NCBI GenBank assembly: GCA_963744995.1
Contig: CAVUWA010000009.1
Span: forward strand, 64,001-128,000
Direction of reading: 5' to 3'
DNA from: Candidatus Eiseniibacteriota bacterium
GTDB taxonomy: Bacteria > Eisenbacteria > RBG-16-71-46
DNA length: 64,000 nt
In this document: positions 1 to 10,619 of the stretch, one piece after another
How the letters are laid out: each line of letters starts with the position of its first letter
How positions within the stretch are numbered: position 1 is the first letter of the stretch
Translations under genes and position numbers: made by a program
The notes under the pieces: model-generated
What the model was told of the DNA's origin: nothing
Seen by the model: the letters and a program-made list of their open reading frames with translations, nothing else
Databases searched by the model: none

Positions 1-1334
1 ACCGGGAACGAGCCCGACACGAACGGCGTGTGTTTCTCGGCCATCGCCCGGGTGCCATCGGCCTTGAGCTTGAGCAGCAGGAACGAGAACTTCTCTTCGA
101 GCGAGCGGGCGATTTCGCCGCGCACCTCGGCCGGCAGGCTCCACATCTCCTGCTTGAAGGGCCCGAGCGCCTTCTTGCGGGTCTTGTAGTGGAACTGCTC
201 CTCGGTGTCGCTGGCCTTCTTCTCGGCTGCGGCGTGCTCGTCGAGCCACGCATAGACCTTCCGCTTGAGCTCGGCGGGGAAGGCCGCGTGATCGTAGATC
301 ATGTTCTGGAACTCGGTCGCGAGATGGATCTCGCAGGCGCCGAGCGCGGGGAAGCGGTCGAACAGCTCCGCCGGCAGCGTCGAGGCGCCGTGCTGCACCG
401 CGCCGGCCATGCCGTACTGTTCGCGCGCGATCTTCGAGAGCTTCTCGAGCGCTTCGAAGTCGATCTTCACCTCGGCGATCGAGCCGTCCGGCAGCGGCAC
501 GCCGCCGTGCGAAGTGCCGGTCTGGATCGAGATCTTGCTGATCCCTTCGGCGCCGGAGGCCTTCGCCTCGAGTGCGCGCCGGTAGACGGTCATGAAAGCA
601 CTGAGCTCTTCCGGCGTCGAGTTCTTGCCACCGACCTCGCCGATCTCGCCGCCGACCGAGACCGTGACCCCCTTGGGCTCGACGCTGCGGATGAAGCCGG
701 TGAGTTCGGCGCACAGCGTGCCGTTCAACTCCTGCTGGGCCTCGTGGCCCTCGCACGACAGATCGACCAGCGTCGAGGTGTCGACGTCGATGTTGTAGAA
801 CCCGGCATGGATCGCTTCTTCGGTCAGCTGGCGCACCGCGTTCACTTCGCCGTCGGGATCGCTGGCGTACTTCTTCGCGTTCACCTGGAAGTGGTCGCCC
901 TGGACGAACACCGGACCACGCCAGCCCTCGCGCAGCGCGGCGCACAGCAGGACGTGCAGGTATTCGGCCGGCCGCTGGTCGGTGTAACTGATCTCCGAGC
1001 GCGCGATCTCGCAGATCACCGCGCCCGCGTCGAGCGCGCGGCGGGCGCGGAACAGGGCGCGCGCCGTGTCGTAGGCCATGGCGCGAATGTTGATCGCGGG
1101 CACCGTGAAGTCCGTGCTGGTCTCGCCGCGACCGCGCGCGGTGTAGAGCGCGTGGATCGAGGCCGGGTAGATGCCGGAGGAATGCGCCTGTTCGAGGATC
1201 GTCGCGCGGGCGGCCTGGCGGACCTCCGCGGCGCCGAACACGCCCGTCCAGGCCAGCCGATCGACTGCGTCCATGCTGCCGGATGCGAGTCCCGCCGCGG
1301 CGAGTCGCACGTCATCGAGGGTCTTGAGAATCAT
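1..1334 (-). CDS. Class II fructose-bisphosphate/ketose-bisphosphate aldolase family protein (3' end runs off window)
   Basis: Not in the ORF track because there is no stop in the window. Manual translation from ATG 1334: MILKTLDD...FTVPAINIR...EIARSEISYTDQRP...GDHFQ...GEIGEVGG...GTSHGG...VQHGASTLP...EIHLATEFQN, with the class II metal-binding DH, HG and HGAS motifs. TATACT box at 1414-1419 (-). Confidence 0.85.
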   Translation of the reverse strand, partial: MILKTLDDVRLAAAGLASGSMDAVDRLAWTGVFGAAEVRQAARATILEQAHSSGIYPASIHALYTARGRGETSTDFTVPAINIRAMAYDTARALFRARRALDAGAVICEIARSEISYTDQRPAEYLHVLLCAALREGWRGPVFVQGDHFQVNAKKYASDPDGEVNAVRQLTEEAIHAGFYNIDVDTSTLVDLSCEGHEAQQELNGTLCAELTGFIRSVEPKGVTVSVGGEIGEVGGKNSTPEELSAFMTVYRRALEAKASGAEGISKISIQTGTSHGGVPLPDGSIAEVKIDFEALEKLSKIAREQYGMAGAVQHGASTLPAELFDRFPALGACEIHLATEFQNMIYDHAAFPAELKRKVYAWLDEHAAAEKKASDTEEQFHYKTRKKALGPFKQEMWSLPAEVRGEIARSLEEKFSFLLLKLKADGTRAMAEKHTPFVSGSFP

Positions 1335-1471
1335 GGTGGGCTCCGTGTCGTGCAGGCGCGTGGGGCCCGAGCGGTCCCGGCGCCGGGGTCTTGATGGAAG
1401 ACAGACGTCCGGCAGTATAGACGCCGCTCCACGGCGGGCCAACCCCATTCGGGATCGTGCGCGGCCGGTGT

Positions 1472-1500
1472 TTGACAGCACGCTCATGCGAGGCTTCAAT
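1472..1500 (+). promoter_or_regulatory. Putative sigma70 promoter of the molybdoenzyme operon
   Basis: TTGACA (1472-1477), 17-bp spacer, TTCAAT (1495-1500), in the only AT-rich patch upstream of the 2Fe-2S gene. Confidence 0.55.
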
Positions 1501-1544
1501 CGAATACGTTCGCTTACTTTCATTCAGTGCCGCGAGGACGTTCC

Positions 1545-2051
1545 GTGCCCTCCACTCCGACCCGCGTCTGTCGTCTCCGCGTCAATGGCGACGTACGTGA
1601 GTGCGCGATCAGCCCGTCGACCACGCTGCTCGAAGCGCTCCGTTACGCCCTCGGGCTCACCGGATCCAAGCAGGGCTGCGACAAAGGCGACTGCGGCGCG
1701 TGCACGGTCGCCGTGGACGGCGTGCCGGTGCTGGCCTGCATCACGCCGGCCCTGGCGCTGGATGGCGCGGGCGCGATCACCACGATCGAAGGCCTCGCGG
1801 CGGGCGGGGTGCCGCACCCGCTGCAGGATGCGCTCGACGAAACCGGCGGCGCGCAGTGCGGCTTCTGTACCCCCGGCGTGCTGATGAGCGCGTGGGCGCT
1901 GCTCGCGCGGAATCCGAGCCCGACGCGCGACGAGATCGCGCGCGCGCTGTCCGGCAACCTCTGCCGGTGCACGGGCTACACGAAGATCTTCGAGGCCGTC
2001 GAGCTCGCCGCGCAGCGCATGGGCGGCGCGCGGGACGGAGCGCGGACGTGA
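1545..2051 (+). CDS. (2Fe-2S)-binding small subunit, xanthine dehydrogenase/CoxS/HcrC family
   Basis: [15 protein letters not shown]...LAC and QCGFCTPG...GNLCRCTGY motifs. GTG at 1545 follows a GAGGA RBS. Confidence 0.93.
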   Translation: MPSTPTRVCRLRVNGDVRECAISPSTTLLEALRYALGLTGSKQGCDKGDCGACTVAVDGVPVLACITPALALDGAGAITTIEGLAAGGVPHPLQDALDETGGAQCGFCTPGVLMSAWALLARNPSPTRDEIARALSGNLCRCTGYTKIFEAVELAAQRMGGARDGART

Positions 2052-4549
2052 GCGGGGCGAACGACCGCGCGGCGCGCCGGCCGGGGATGGCGATTCCCGG
2101 CGGTCGCGCCATGCCGAGCGACGAGCGGCTGCGGCCGCCCGAATGGCCCGAGGGCAGGAGCGGCGCTCCGCACGGTGAATTCCACGTCATCGGCCGGCGC
2201 AACCGCAAGGTCGAGGGTCTCGCCAAGGTCACCGGCCGCGCGGTCTACACCGACGACATCCGGCTGCCGCGCATGCTGCACGGCAAGCTCCTGCGCAGCA
2301 TCCATCCGCACGCGCGCATCCGCTCGATCGACGTGAGCGGGGCGCTGGCGATGCCCGGCGTGCACGCGGTGATCACCGGGAAGGACCTCCCGGTGCGCTA
2401 CGGGATCATTCCCTGGACCGAGGACGAGCAGGCGCTGTGCGAGACCAGGACGCGTTACGTCGGCGACGCCGTCGCCGCGGTGGCGGCGGACAGCGAAGCG
2501 CTCGCCGAGGCGGCGCTGCGCGCGATCCGCGTGGACTACGAGGTGCTGCCTGCGGTGATGGACATCGACGCGGCGCTGGCGCACCCCGAGCACAAGATCC
2601 ACGACGAGGCGAAGGACGGCAACGTCTCCAAGCACGTGTTCCTGGAGTTCGGCGACGTGGAGGGCGAACTCGAGAAGAGTGACGCGGTGATCGAGGCCGA
2701 GTACTGGTACGAGGGCTCGACCCACGCGCCGATCGAACCGCACTGCGCGATCGGCGACTTCGATGCGACCGGGTTCCTCACGCTCTATTCGAGCACCCAG
2801 GTCGCGCATTACCTGCACCGCGACCTGGCGAAGGTGCTGGGGCTCCCGACGCAGCGCATCCGCGTGGTCCAGCCGGTGGTGGGCGGCGCGTTCGGCGGCA
2901 AGAGCGAGCCGTTCTCGCTCGAGTTCTGCGCGGCGAAGCTGAGCATGATCACCGGCCGCCCGGTGAAGATCCTCTACACGCGCGAAGAAGTGTTCTACGC
3001 GCACCGCGGTCGCCATCCGATGCGCATGCGCTACCGCACCGGCGTGACGAAAGACGGGCGACTGACCGGGGTGGACGCGAAGATCCATCTGGACGGCGGC
3101 GCGTACTCGTCGTTCGGTCTGGTGACCACGTATTACTCGGGCCAGCTCCTGACCGCGCCCTACCGGATGCCGGCCTACCGCTTCGATTCGACCCGGCTGT
3201 TCACCAACAAGCCCTGCTGCGGGCCCAAGCGGGGCCACGGCTCGGTGCAGCCGCGCTTCGCATTCGAATGCCAGCTCGACCGGCTCGCCGAGCGCATCGG
3301 CATGGATCCGATCGAGCTCCGGCGCCGGAACTTCATCGGCGCGAACACCCGCACCGTGAACGGCATGCGGGTGACCTCGAACGGCTTCCTCGAATGCCTG
3401 GAGCGCGTCGAGCAGGCCTCGGACTGGCGCGCGAAGTTCCGCCGCCTGCCCTGGGGGCGCGGGGTGGGCGTCGCCGGCAGCATGTACATCAGCGGCACCA
3501 ACTACTGCATCTACCCGAACGAGATGCCGCAGGCGGCGGTGCAGCTCAAGCTCGACCGCAGCGGCCGCGCCACCGTGTTCTGCGGCGCGTCGGACATCGG
3601 CCAGGGCTCGGACTCGGTGCTGGCCTACATCGTCTGCGAGGAGCTGGGTCTGACGTTGCGCGACGTGCGCGTCGTGGCGGCCGACACCGATCTCACGCCG
3701 GTGGACCTCGGCTCGTACTCGAGCCGCGAGACGTTCATGGTCGGCAACGCCTGCCTCGACGCGGCACGCAGGCTGCGCGGCACGATCGCCGCGACGCTGG
3801 CCGCGCAGTGGGGCTGCCGGCCGGCCGAGGTGACGCTTGCCGACGGGATCGCCTGCTCGACCCGCGACCCGGAACGGGAGTGCATGAGCGTGCGCGAAGC
3901 GTTCCAGGCCGCCGAGGCGCGTCACGGCACGCTCGGCGCGGTGGGCTGGTACCAGAGCCCGAAGCTCGGCGGTGACTATCGCGGCGGCACCATCGGCGCG
4001 TCGCCCGCGTACTCGTTCACCGCGCATGTCGCCGAGGTCGAGTGCGATCCCGAAACCGGGTTCGTGAACGTCCGCAACATCTGGATCGCGCACGACTGCG
4101 GCCGGGCGCTGAATCCGGTGACGGTCGAAGGGCAGATGGAGGGGAGCGCCTACATGGGGTTCGCCGAGGCGCTGATGGAAACGCACGTGATGAAGCCCGC
4201 CGCCACGCATCACGGCGCCGGGCTCCACCACGGGCCGTCGCTGCTCGACTACCGGATTCCGACCTCGCTCGATACCCCCGCGCTGCACAGCCTGATCGTC
4301 GAGTCGGTGGACCCCGAGGGACCCTACGGCGCGAAGGAGGCGGGCGAGGGGCCCCTGCACCCAAGCATTCCGGCGATCTCGAACGCGATCTACGACGCGC
4401 TCGGCGTGCGCTGCGAGCGGCTGCCGTTCGACCCGCCCGAGATCGTCCGCCGGCTGGCGGCGGCCGACGCGCGCGCGGCCTGGGAGCAGGCGCGCGCACG
4501 CCTCGCGACGCCGGCGCCTGCGACGGGCGGCGGAGGCGGCGGATGCTGA
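2048..4549 (+). CDS. Molybdopterin-binding large subunit, xanthine dehydrogenase family, 4-hydroxybenzoyl-CoA reductase alpha (HcrA)-like
   Basis: [42 protein letters not shown] and GAKEAGEG motifs. GTG overlaps the upstream stop (GTGA); ATG at 2087 or 2111 are alternative starts. Confidence 0.92.
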   Translation: MSGANDRAARRPGMAIPGGRAMPSDERLRPPEWPEGRSGAPHGEFHVIGRRNRKVEGLAKVTGRAVYTDDIRLPRMLHGKLLRSIHPHARIRSIDVSGALAMPGVHAVITGKDLPVRYGIIPWTEDEQALCETRTRYVGDAVAAVAADSEALAEAALRAIRVDYEVLPAVMDIDAALAHPEHKIHDEAKDGNVSKHVFLEFGDVEGELEKSDAVIEAEYWYEGSTHAPIEPHCAIGDFDATGFLTLYSSTQVAHYLHRDLAKVLGLPTQRIRVVQPVVGGAFGGKSEPFSLEFCAAKLSMITGRPVKILYTREEVFYAHRGRHPMRMRYRTGVTKDGRLTGVDAKIHLDGGAYSSFGLVTTYYSGQLLTAPYRMPAYRFDSTRLFTNKPCCGPKRGHGSVQPRFAFECQLDRLAERIGMDPIELRRRNFIGANTRTVNGMRVTSNGFLECLERVEQASDWRAKFRRLPWGRGVGVAGSMYISGTNYCIYPNEMPQAAVQLKLDRSGRATVFCGASDIGQGSDSVLAYIVCEELGLTLRDVRVVAADTDLTPVDLGSYSSRETFMVGNACLDAARRLRGTIAATLAAQWGCRPAEVTLADGIACSTRDPERECMSVREAFQAAEARHGTLGAVGWYQSPKLGGDYRGGTIGASPAYSFTAHVAEVECDPETGFVNVRNIWIAHDCGRALNPVTVEGQMEGSAYMGFAEALMETHVMKPAATHHGAGLHHGPSLLDYRIPTSLDTPALHSLIVESVDPEGPYGAKEAGEGPLHPSIPAISNAIYDALGVRCERLPFDPPEIVRRLAAADARAAWEQARARLATPAPATGGGGGGC

Positions 4550-5532
4550 CCCTGCCTGCGTTCGAGTGGGCCTCGCCCGCGAGTGTCGACGAGGTGCTCG
4601 CCCTGCTCGCCGAGCACGGCGGTGACGCGCTGCTCATCGCCGGCGGCACCGACGCGGTGCCGAACATGAAGCATCGCCTGCACGAGCCGAAGCTCGTGAT
4701 CCACCTGGGCGGGGTGCGCGACCTGCACTTCGTACGCGAAGCAGCCGGCGGCCTCCAGCTCGGACCGCGGGTGACGCTCGCCGAGCTCGAAGCGCATCCC
4801 GTGATCCGGCGCGACTATCCGCTGCTCGCGCGCGCGGCCGGCATGGTCGCCGGCCCGCAGCTGCGCAACATGGGCACGCTCGGCGGCAACCTGTGCCTCG
4901 ACACCCGGTGCACGTACTACAACCAGACGTATTTCTGGCGCGAGGCGCTGGGCTTCTGCCTGAAGAAGGACGGCGTTCACTGTCACGTCGTCCCGCAGGG
5001 CAGGCGCTGCGTGGCCGCGCACTCCTCGGACGTCGCGCCCGCGCTGATCGCGCTCGACGCCGAAGTCGAGATCGCCGGCGCCGGAGGGTGGCGCACCGTG
5101 TCGGTGGACGCGTTCTTCGTGCCCGACGGCCAGCACAACAACGTGCTCCGCCCGGGCGAGCTGGTGACGCGGGTGTTCGTGCCGGCGCGCTCGCGCGGGA
5201 TGCGCTGTGGCTACCGCAAGCTGCGCCCGCGCCAGGCGATCGACTTCCCGATGCTGTCGGTGGCGTTCGCGGCGGGCCCGGCGGATCCGCTGGAGCGCGC
5301 GTCCCTGGTGGTGAGCGCGCTGGCCGCGCGGCCGCGCGTGATCCACGGCGTGGACGAGATCGTGGCCGGCCGGCCCCTCGGCGAAGACGTCGCCGCGGCG
5401 CTCGCCGGGGTCGCGGCGCGCCAGTGCCGGCCGCAGACCAGTGTGCCCTACGACACCGACTACCGTCAGGCGATGGTGCCGGTGTTCGTGCGCCGGGCGG
5501 TCATGGACGCGGCGCGGGGAGCGATGGCGTGA
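4543..5532 (+). CDS. FAD-binding medium subunit with Cys-rich [4Fe-4S] insertion (HcrB/YagS-like)
   Basis: IAGGTD and RNMGTLGGN motifs, followed by CLDTRCTYYNQ...WREALGFCLKKDGVHCHVVPQGRRCVAAHSSD. ATG overlaps the upstream gene end. Confidence 0.92.
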   Translation: MLTLPAFEWASPASVDEVLALLAEHGGDALLIAGGTDAVPNMKHRLHEPKLVIHLGGVRDLHFVREAAGGLQLGPRVTLAELEAHPVIRRDYPLLARAAGMVAGPQLRNMGTLGGNLCLDTRCTYYNQTYFWREALGFCLKKDGVHCHVVPQGRRCVAAHSSDVAPALIALDAEVEIAGAGGWRTVSVDAFFVPDGQHNNVLRPGELVTRVFVPARSRGMRCGYRKLRPRQAIDFPMLSVAFAAGPADPLERASLVVSALAARPRVIHGVDEIVAGRPLGEDVAAALAGVAARQCRPQTSVPYDTDYRQAMVPVFVRRAVMDAARGAMA

Positions 5533-6413
5533 GCGGGCCCGACCCGGGCACCCCCCGCGACCTTCCGGGGCCGGCGCGCGACGAGGACGTGTGGCGCGTG
5601 CTCCATGCGTGGCGCGGGCGGCGGCGACCGTTCGTGATCGCGACCGTCGTCGCCGTGCGCGGCTTCACGCCGCGCAAGCCCGGCGCGCGCATGCTGATCG
5701 CCGCGGACGGCGAGACGGTCGGCACCATCGGTGGCGGCGCCATCGAGCGGCGCGTGATCGAGGAGGCGGCGACGCTGGTCGCCACCGGCGGCACCGCGTA
5801 CCTCAGGAAGCACCTCACCCAGGAGCTGGGCATGTGCTGCGGCGGCGAAATGAGCGTGTTCCTCGAGTGCATGACCGCCGCGCCCAGACTCTACCTGTTC
5901 GGCGCCGGCTACATCGCGAAACCGCTCGCCGCGATCGCCGCCGGCTGCGGCTTCGAGGTCGAAGTGATCGACGCGCGCCCCGAGTGGGCGAACGAAGCGC
6001 GCTTTCCCACCTCTCGTGTGACGCTGCGCGACCCCGCCGTGTACGCCCGCGCGCTGGAGACCGGCGCGTCCGACTTCGCCGTGGTGGTCACCCACGACCA
6101 CGCGCTCGACCAGCAGATCGTCCAAGCGCTCATGGCGCGGCCGCTCGCCTTCCTCGGCATGATCGGCAGCGTGCCCAAGTACCGGAAGTTCGTGCTCCGC
6201 CTGCGCGCGCGCGGCTTCACGGAGGACGCGATCGCGCGGCTCCGCACGCCGCTCGGTGCGGACATCGGTGCCGAGACGCCGGAAGAGATCGCGGTCAGCG
6301 TCATGGCCGAACTGGTCGCGGTGCGCCGCGGCGCCGCGCTGCCGCCGCGGTCCACGCCGCCGCGCACCACACCCGCATCGTCCTCGCAACCCGATGAAAC
6401 GGAGGTCCCCTGA
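5529..6413 (+). CDS. xdhC: XdhC/CoxI family Moco-insertion chaperone
   Basis: TPRKPGARM, GTIGGGAIE, LGMCCGG, LFGAG, VTHDHALD, GMIGS, PLGADIGAETPEEIAVS. GTGA overlap with upstream stop. Confidence 0.9.
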   Translation: MSGPDPGTPRDLPGPARDEDVWRVLHAWRGRRRPFVIATVVAVRGFTPRKPGARMLIAADGETVGTIGGGAIERRVIEEAATLVATGGTAYLRKHLTQELGMCCGGEMSVFLECMTAAPRLYLFGAGYIAKPLAAIAAGCGFEVEVIDARPEWANEARFPTSRVTLRDPAVYARALETGASDFAVVVTHDHALDQQIVQALMARPLAFLGMIGSVPKYRKFVLRLRARGFTEDAIARLRTPLGADIGAETPEEIAVSVMAELVAVRRGAALPPRSTPPRTTPASSSQPDETEVP

Positions 6414-7084
6414 TGGTCGGTGTCGTCCTCGCCGCGGGCGCGTCCACCCGTATGGGAAGCCCGAAGCCGCTCGTCCAGGTGCGCGGCGAGAGCTTCCTGG
6501 TCCGTACCGTGCGACTGCTGTGGACGTCGTGCGACCGCGTGGTGGTCGTGCTCGGCGCCAATGCCGCAAAAGTGCAGAAACAGGTCGAAAAGGAGTTCCA
6601 GGCGCTGCTCGCCGAGGGCGTCCTGCACGCGGACATCCGCCGCTCGCGCGGCGGCAAGAAGCACGGCCTGGAGGTGCGCTTCGTGGTGCATCGCGGCTGG
6701 AAACAGGGAATGTTCTCCTCCGCACGCGTGGGGCTCAAGGCCGCCGCCGAACTCAAGCCGAGGGCGGTGATTCTGCTGCCGGTGGACCACCCGGCGGTCA
6801 AGCCGGATTCGGTCGCGGCGCTGACCGACGTGATGGAGCAGGCCCTCGAGGCCACGCGTTCGGCGCGGGAGCGGGCGCGCTTCTCCTACGCGCTCGTGCC
6901 GCGCTATCTCAAGAAGCGGGGCCATCCGATCGTGCTGTCGCCGGCACTCGCCCACGCGATCACCGCCGACGGCGCGGCCGCGCACCTGGGCGATGCGGTG
7001 CGGCGCTGCGCCCGGCTGGTCGGCTACCTCGACGTGAGCGACGCCGGCGTGGTGGCGAACCGCAACACCCCGCGGCGGCGCTGA
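6413..7084 (+). CDS. Nucleotidyltransferase, MocA-like (molybdenum cofactor cytidylyltransferase)
   Basis: VLAAGASTRMGSPKPL, WKQGMFSS, LPVDHP, GHP motifs, in a molybdo-hydroxylase operon. Confidence 0.8.
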   Translation: MVGVVLAAGASTRMGSPKPLVQVRGESFLVRTVRLLWTSCDRVVVVLGANAAKVQKQVEKEFQALLAEGVLHADIRRSRGGKKHGLEVRFVVHRGWKQGMFSSARVGLKAAAELKPRAVILLPVDHPAVKPDSVAALTDVMEQALEATRSARERARFSYALVPRYLKKRGHPIVLSPALAHAITADGAAAHLGDAVRRCARLVGYLDVSDAGVVANRNTPRRR

Positions 7085-7085
7085 G

Positions 7086-8102
7086 ATGCCGCGCCGTGGT
7101 CCCATGCCGTGGATGCCCGTCCTGCTGGCGATGATGCCGGGAACCGCCGTCGTCGATCTGCTGGTGGTGCTCAACAAATCCGGCCACCAGGCCGTGCTGG
7201 TGGATCCTGTGACGCTCGAGATCGTGAAGACGCTGCCGACCGGCACCGGCCCGCACGAGGCCGCCGTGTCGCCCGACGGCCGCACGGCCTACGTCGCCAA
7301 CTACGGCGCCTACCGCCTGTTCCGCGAGGGCGAGAAGCCGCAGCTCGAACGCGGCCACACGATCAGCGTGATCGACCTCGTGCAGCGCGAGGTGGTGGAC
7401 ACGCTCGATCTGGGCGAGTACCTGATGCCGCACGGCATGTCGGTGAGTGCGGACGGTGCGCGGATGTGGGTGACCAGCGAGGCCACGCAGACCGTGCTGG
7501 AGCTCGACCTCGGTACCGGGAAGATCGCCTCGAGCTGGAAGACCGGGCAGGAGATCAGCCACATGCTGGTGCCGGCGCCGGACGAGTCGAAACTCTATGT
7601 GGCCAACATCGGTTCGGGGAGCTGCACGATCATCGATCGGGCGAGCGGCAGGGTGACGACGGTCGAGACGGGGGAGGGCGCCGAGGGTATCGACGTCTCT
7701 CCCGACGGTCGCGAGGTCTGGGTCACCAATCGCGCCGCGGGCACCCTCTCGATCATCGACACGCAGACCGGCCGGGTGAGCGAAACCCTCGAGGCCGGCG
7801 GCGAATTTCCGATCCGCGCGAAGTGGACGCCGGACGGCCGCGAGGTGTGGGTGTCGTGTATGCGCAGCGACGCCGTCCACGTGTTCGACGCGAAGACGCG
7901 GCAGATCATCGCGCGCATCGAAGTCAGGGAGAACCCGGTCGGCATCCAGCTGTCGCCCGACGGCACGCGGGCTTTCGTGGCGAGCACCAACGCCAATTAC
8001 ATCACGGTCGTCGACGTGAAGAGGCGCGAGGTCGCCGGCGGCTTCTCGCCGGGCGAGGAACCCGACGGGATGGCCTGGGCGAGGGTTCCGGCGCAGCCGT
8101 AG
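7086..8102 (+). CDS. YVTN/YncE-family beta-propeller protein
   Basis: Repeated units such as GTGPHEAAVSPDGRTAYVAN, GAEGIDVSPDGREVWVTN and PVGIQLSPDGTRAFVAS. Hydrophobic N-terminus. Confidence 0.85.
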   Translation: MPRRGPMPWMPVLLAMMPGTAVVDLLVVLNKSGHQAVLVDPVTLEIVKTLPTGTGPHEAAVSPDGRTAYVANYGAYRLFREGEKPQLERGHTISVIDLVQREVVDTLDLGEYLMPHGMSVSADGARMWVTSEATQTVLELDLGTGKIASSWKTGQEISHMLVPAPDESKLYVANIGSGSCTIIDRASGRVTTVETGEGAEGIDVSPDGREVWVTNRAAGTLSIIDTQTGRVSETLEAGGEFPIRAKWTPDGREVWVSCMRSDAVHVFDAKTRQIIARIEVRENPVGIQLSPDGTRAFVASTNANYITVVDVKRREVAGGFSPGEEPDGMAWARVPAQP

Positions 8103-8288
8103 CACCGGTGTGAACAGAATCCCCGGGGGTCCGCGCGGCGCCCGCCCGCGCGGACCCTGAGCGGCCGTCCGCCGCCCGCTCCTGCCGTGCACCCGGCGCG
8201 GCGATCCGCAGCCGCCTCTCCTGTCCCCCCGGGATCCGTCTTCCCGCCTTGACCCGCGAAGGGACGGCCTTCGGGGCAGGAGGGGACC

Positions 8289-10580
8289 ATGGACCGCGGA
8301 CTGCATCCTCATCTCACGGCGTTCGTCGGAAAGCTGCTCGAACACAGGGCACGGGTCGTCCTGGCCTGGGCCGTGGTGCTGGTCGTGACGGCGCCGCTGG
8401 CCTTCCGCCTGCCCGGCGTCGTGCAGGGCGGTGCGGATCCGATCCCGGGCAGCGAGACCGGGGCCGTGATCCGGGGCATGGAGCGCGCGTTCGGGCGCGG
8501 CGCCTACTACGCCGCCCCGGTGGTCGTGCGGCACGCGACGCTCACGGCGGACGATCCGGAATTCGCGGCAGGCGTCGCCCGGATCGCGGCACTGCTCGCC
8601 GCCGCGCCGGACGTGCGGCGGGTCGAGGACGCCTGGACCTCGCGCCATCCGTCCCTCATCGGCCGGGACCGGCACTCGACGATTCTGATCGTGACGCCCT
8701 CGGTGACGAACTTCTCCGCCGCCGAGGAGATGACCGCCACGTTGCGCGAGGCGCTGCGGGATCGCCTGCCCGCGGGGTTCACGGCGCAGGTCACCGGCAC
8801 CACCGCGATGCTCCACGACGTCGACCGGGAGTCCTCTTCGGATCTGGCCGGCGCCGAGCGCATCGGCCTGCCCATCACGCTGATCATCCTGCTCATCGTC
8901 TTTCGTGCGCCGCTCGCCGCACTGCTGCCGATCGTGCTCGCCCTGATCGCGCTCACCGTGTGCAACGCCGTGCTGCTGCTGGTGTCACGGTTCGTGCCGG
9001 TCAGCGTGTTCGCCGAGAACGTGGCCTCGATGATCGGTCTTGGCGTGGGGATCGACTACGCTCTGTTCGTGCTGTCGCGCTGGCGGCGGGAACTGGCGGG
9101 CGGCCGCTCCGCGGCGGCCGCCGCCCGCATCGCTGCGGGCGAGACGGGGGGAGCCGTGCTGTTCTCGGCGATCGCGGTGGCGGTGGGATTCCTGGCGCTC
9201 ATGCTGGTGGATGCGCCGTTCCTGCGCGCCATCACCGTGAGCGGGGTGTGCGTGGTCGGTGTGGCGGCCTTGGCGGCGGTCACGCTGCTGCCGGTCCTGC
9301 TCGCGACGTTCGGCCGCGCACTCGTCTGGCCCGGACGCGCGGCCGCGGCGTCGCCGGTGCCCCCGCGCGCCCCGGGACGTGCGGGCGGCGGGGCCGCATG
9401 GGCGCGTCTCGTGATGCGGCGTCCATGGGCATTTCTGGCCGCCGCCGGCCTGATCATGTGCGCCGTGGCGCTGCCGGCCCATCGCATGCGCGGCTGGAAC
9501 GTCGGGGTGGGCGAGCTGGGCCCCAGGAGCGAGGCACGGCGTGGATTCGAAGAGCTCGAGGCCCGCTTCGCAGCCGGATGGATGGGCCCCACCGTGCTGC
9601 TCGTCGAGTGCCGCTCGGGCCGGCTCACCGATCCCCGCCGCCTCGAGGCGCTGCGCGCGATGGCGGATCGGCTGGAGCGTGATCCCCGCATCGCGGCCGT
9701 GACCGGCATGTCGGACCTGGCGCGGGCGCTCGAGGGCCCCCCGGGCGGCGCGCCCCTGCCGCGCGCGCTGCTCGAGTCGGCCTCGGGCGTGCTGAGCGCG
9801 GACGGACGCACGGGGGTTATCGCGGTGATCGGCCGTCACGAACCCTCCGCGCCGGAGGCGGGGGAGCTGGTGCGCGATCTGCGTCGCCGGGGTTTCCCCG
9901 CACTGCGGGCCGCGGGGATCACCGTGCAGATCGGCGGTCCGGCCGCGGGTTTCGTGGATTTCGAGCGGACGCTGTTCGGCCGCCTGCCGCTGGTCGTGGG
10001 CGTCGTGCTGCTGCTCACGTTCCTGGTGCTCGCGCTTTCGTTCCGGTCGCTCGTGCTGCCGCTCAAGGCGATCGCGCTCAACCTGCTCTCGGTGCTCGCC
10101 GCGTTCGGATTCCTCGTCCTCGCGTTTCAGGACGGCCGGCTCGAACGCGTGCTCGGGGTGACGCCGACCGGAGGCATCAACGCATTCGTCGTCCTCATGC
10201 TGTTCACGATCCTGTTCGGCCTCAGCATGGATTACGAGGTGTTCGTCCTCTCGCGCATCCGGGACGCCTGGCGGCACACGGGGGACACGCGGCTGGCGGT
10301 CGAACGCGGGGTCGGCGAAACGGCGGGGGTCATCACCAGCGCCGCGCTGATCATGATCTCGATCTTCACGGCATTCGGATTCACGCAGCTTGCCGCGACC
10401 CGCCAGTTCGGGCTGGGGCTCGCATTCGCCGTGGCCCTTGATGCGACCCTGCTGCGCCTGGTGCTGGTCCCCGCGCTGGTGGTGCTGGCGGGGCGGGCGA
10501 ACTGGTGGTGGCCGTTCGGCGTGCATGCGAACGCGTCCGGGACGGCCGCGCCGCTGCACGGCATCCGGGGGTCGCGATGA
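8289..10580 (+). CDS. MMPL family (RND superfamily) transporter
   Basis: Two membrane modules with MIGLGVGIDYALF and ILFGLSMDYEVF motifs, plus VITSAALIM and VALDATLLRLVLVPA. GGAGG RBS. Confidence 0.92.
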   Translation: MDRGLHPHLTAFVGKLLEHRARVVLAWAVVLVVTAPLAFRLPGVVQGGADPIPGSETGAVIRGMERAFGRGAYYAAPVVVRHATLTADDPEFAAGVARIAALLAAAPDVRRVEDAWTSRHPSLIGRDRHSTILIVTPSVTNFSAAEEMTATLREALRDRLPAGFTAQVTGTTAMLHDVDRESSSDLAGAERIGLPITLIILLIVFRAPLAALLPIVLALIALTVCNAVLLLVSRFVPVSVFAENVASMIGLGVGIDYALFVLSRWRRELAGGRSAAAAARIAAGETGGAVLFSAIAVAVGFLALMLVDAPFLRAITVSGVCVVGVAALAAVTLLPVLLATFGRALVWPGRAAAASPVPPRAPGRAGGGAAWARLVMRRPWAFLAAAGLIMCAVALPAHRMRGWNVGVGELGPRSEARRGFEELEARFAAGWMGPTVLLVECRSGRLTDPRRLEALRAMADRLERDPRIAAVTGMSDLARALEGPPGGAPLPRALLESASGVLSADGRTGVIAVIGRHEPSAPEAGELVRDLRRRGFPALRAAGITVQIGGPAAGFVDFERTLFGRLPLVVGVVLLLTFLVLALSFRSLVLPLKAIALNLLSVLAAFGFLVLAFQDGRLERVLGVTPTGGINAFVVLMLFTILFGLSMDYEVFVLSRIRDAWRHTGDTRLAVERGVGETAGVITSAALIMISIFTAFGFTQLAATRQFGLGLAFAVALDATLLRLVLVPALVVLAGRANWWWPFGVHANASGTAAPLHGIRGSR

Positions 10581-10613
10581 CAAAGCACCTCGACGGGTGT
10601 TCACCCCCTCCCC

Positions 10614-10619
10614 TAGAGT
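10614..10619 (+). promoter_or_regulatory. Possible -10 box for a leaderless transcript starting at GTG 10626
   Basis: TAGAGT lies 6 nt before an in-frame GTG and there is no Shine-Dalgarno upstream. Confidence 0.3.

Noticed and set aside
30..1394. 454-aa + strand ORF
   Set aside because: Antisense shadow of the aldolase on the - strand. The same applies to most long Arg/Ala/Gly-rich ORFs in the track, which arise from high GC content.
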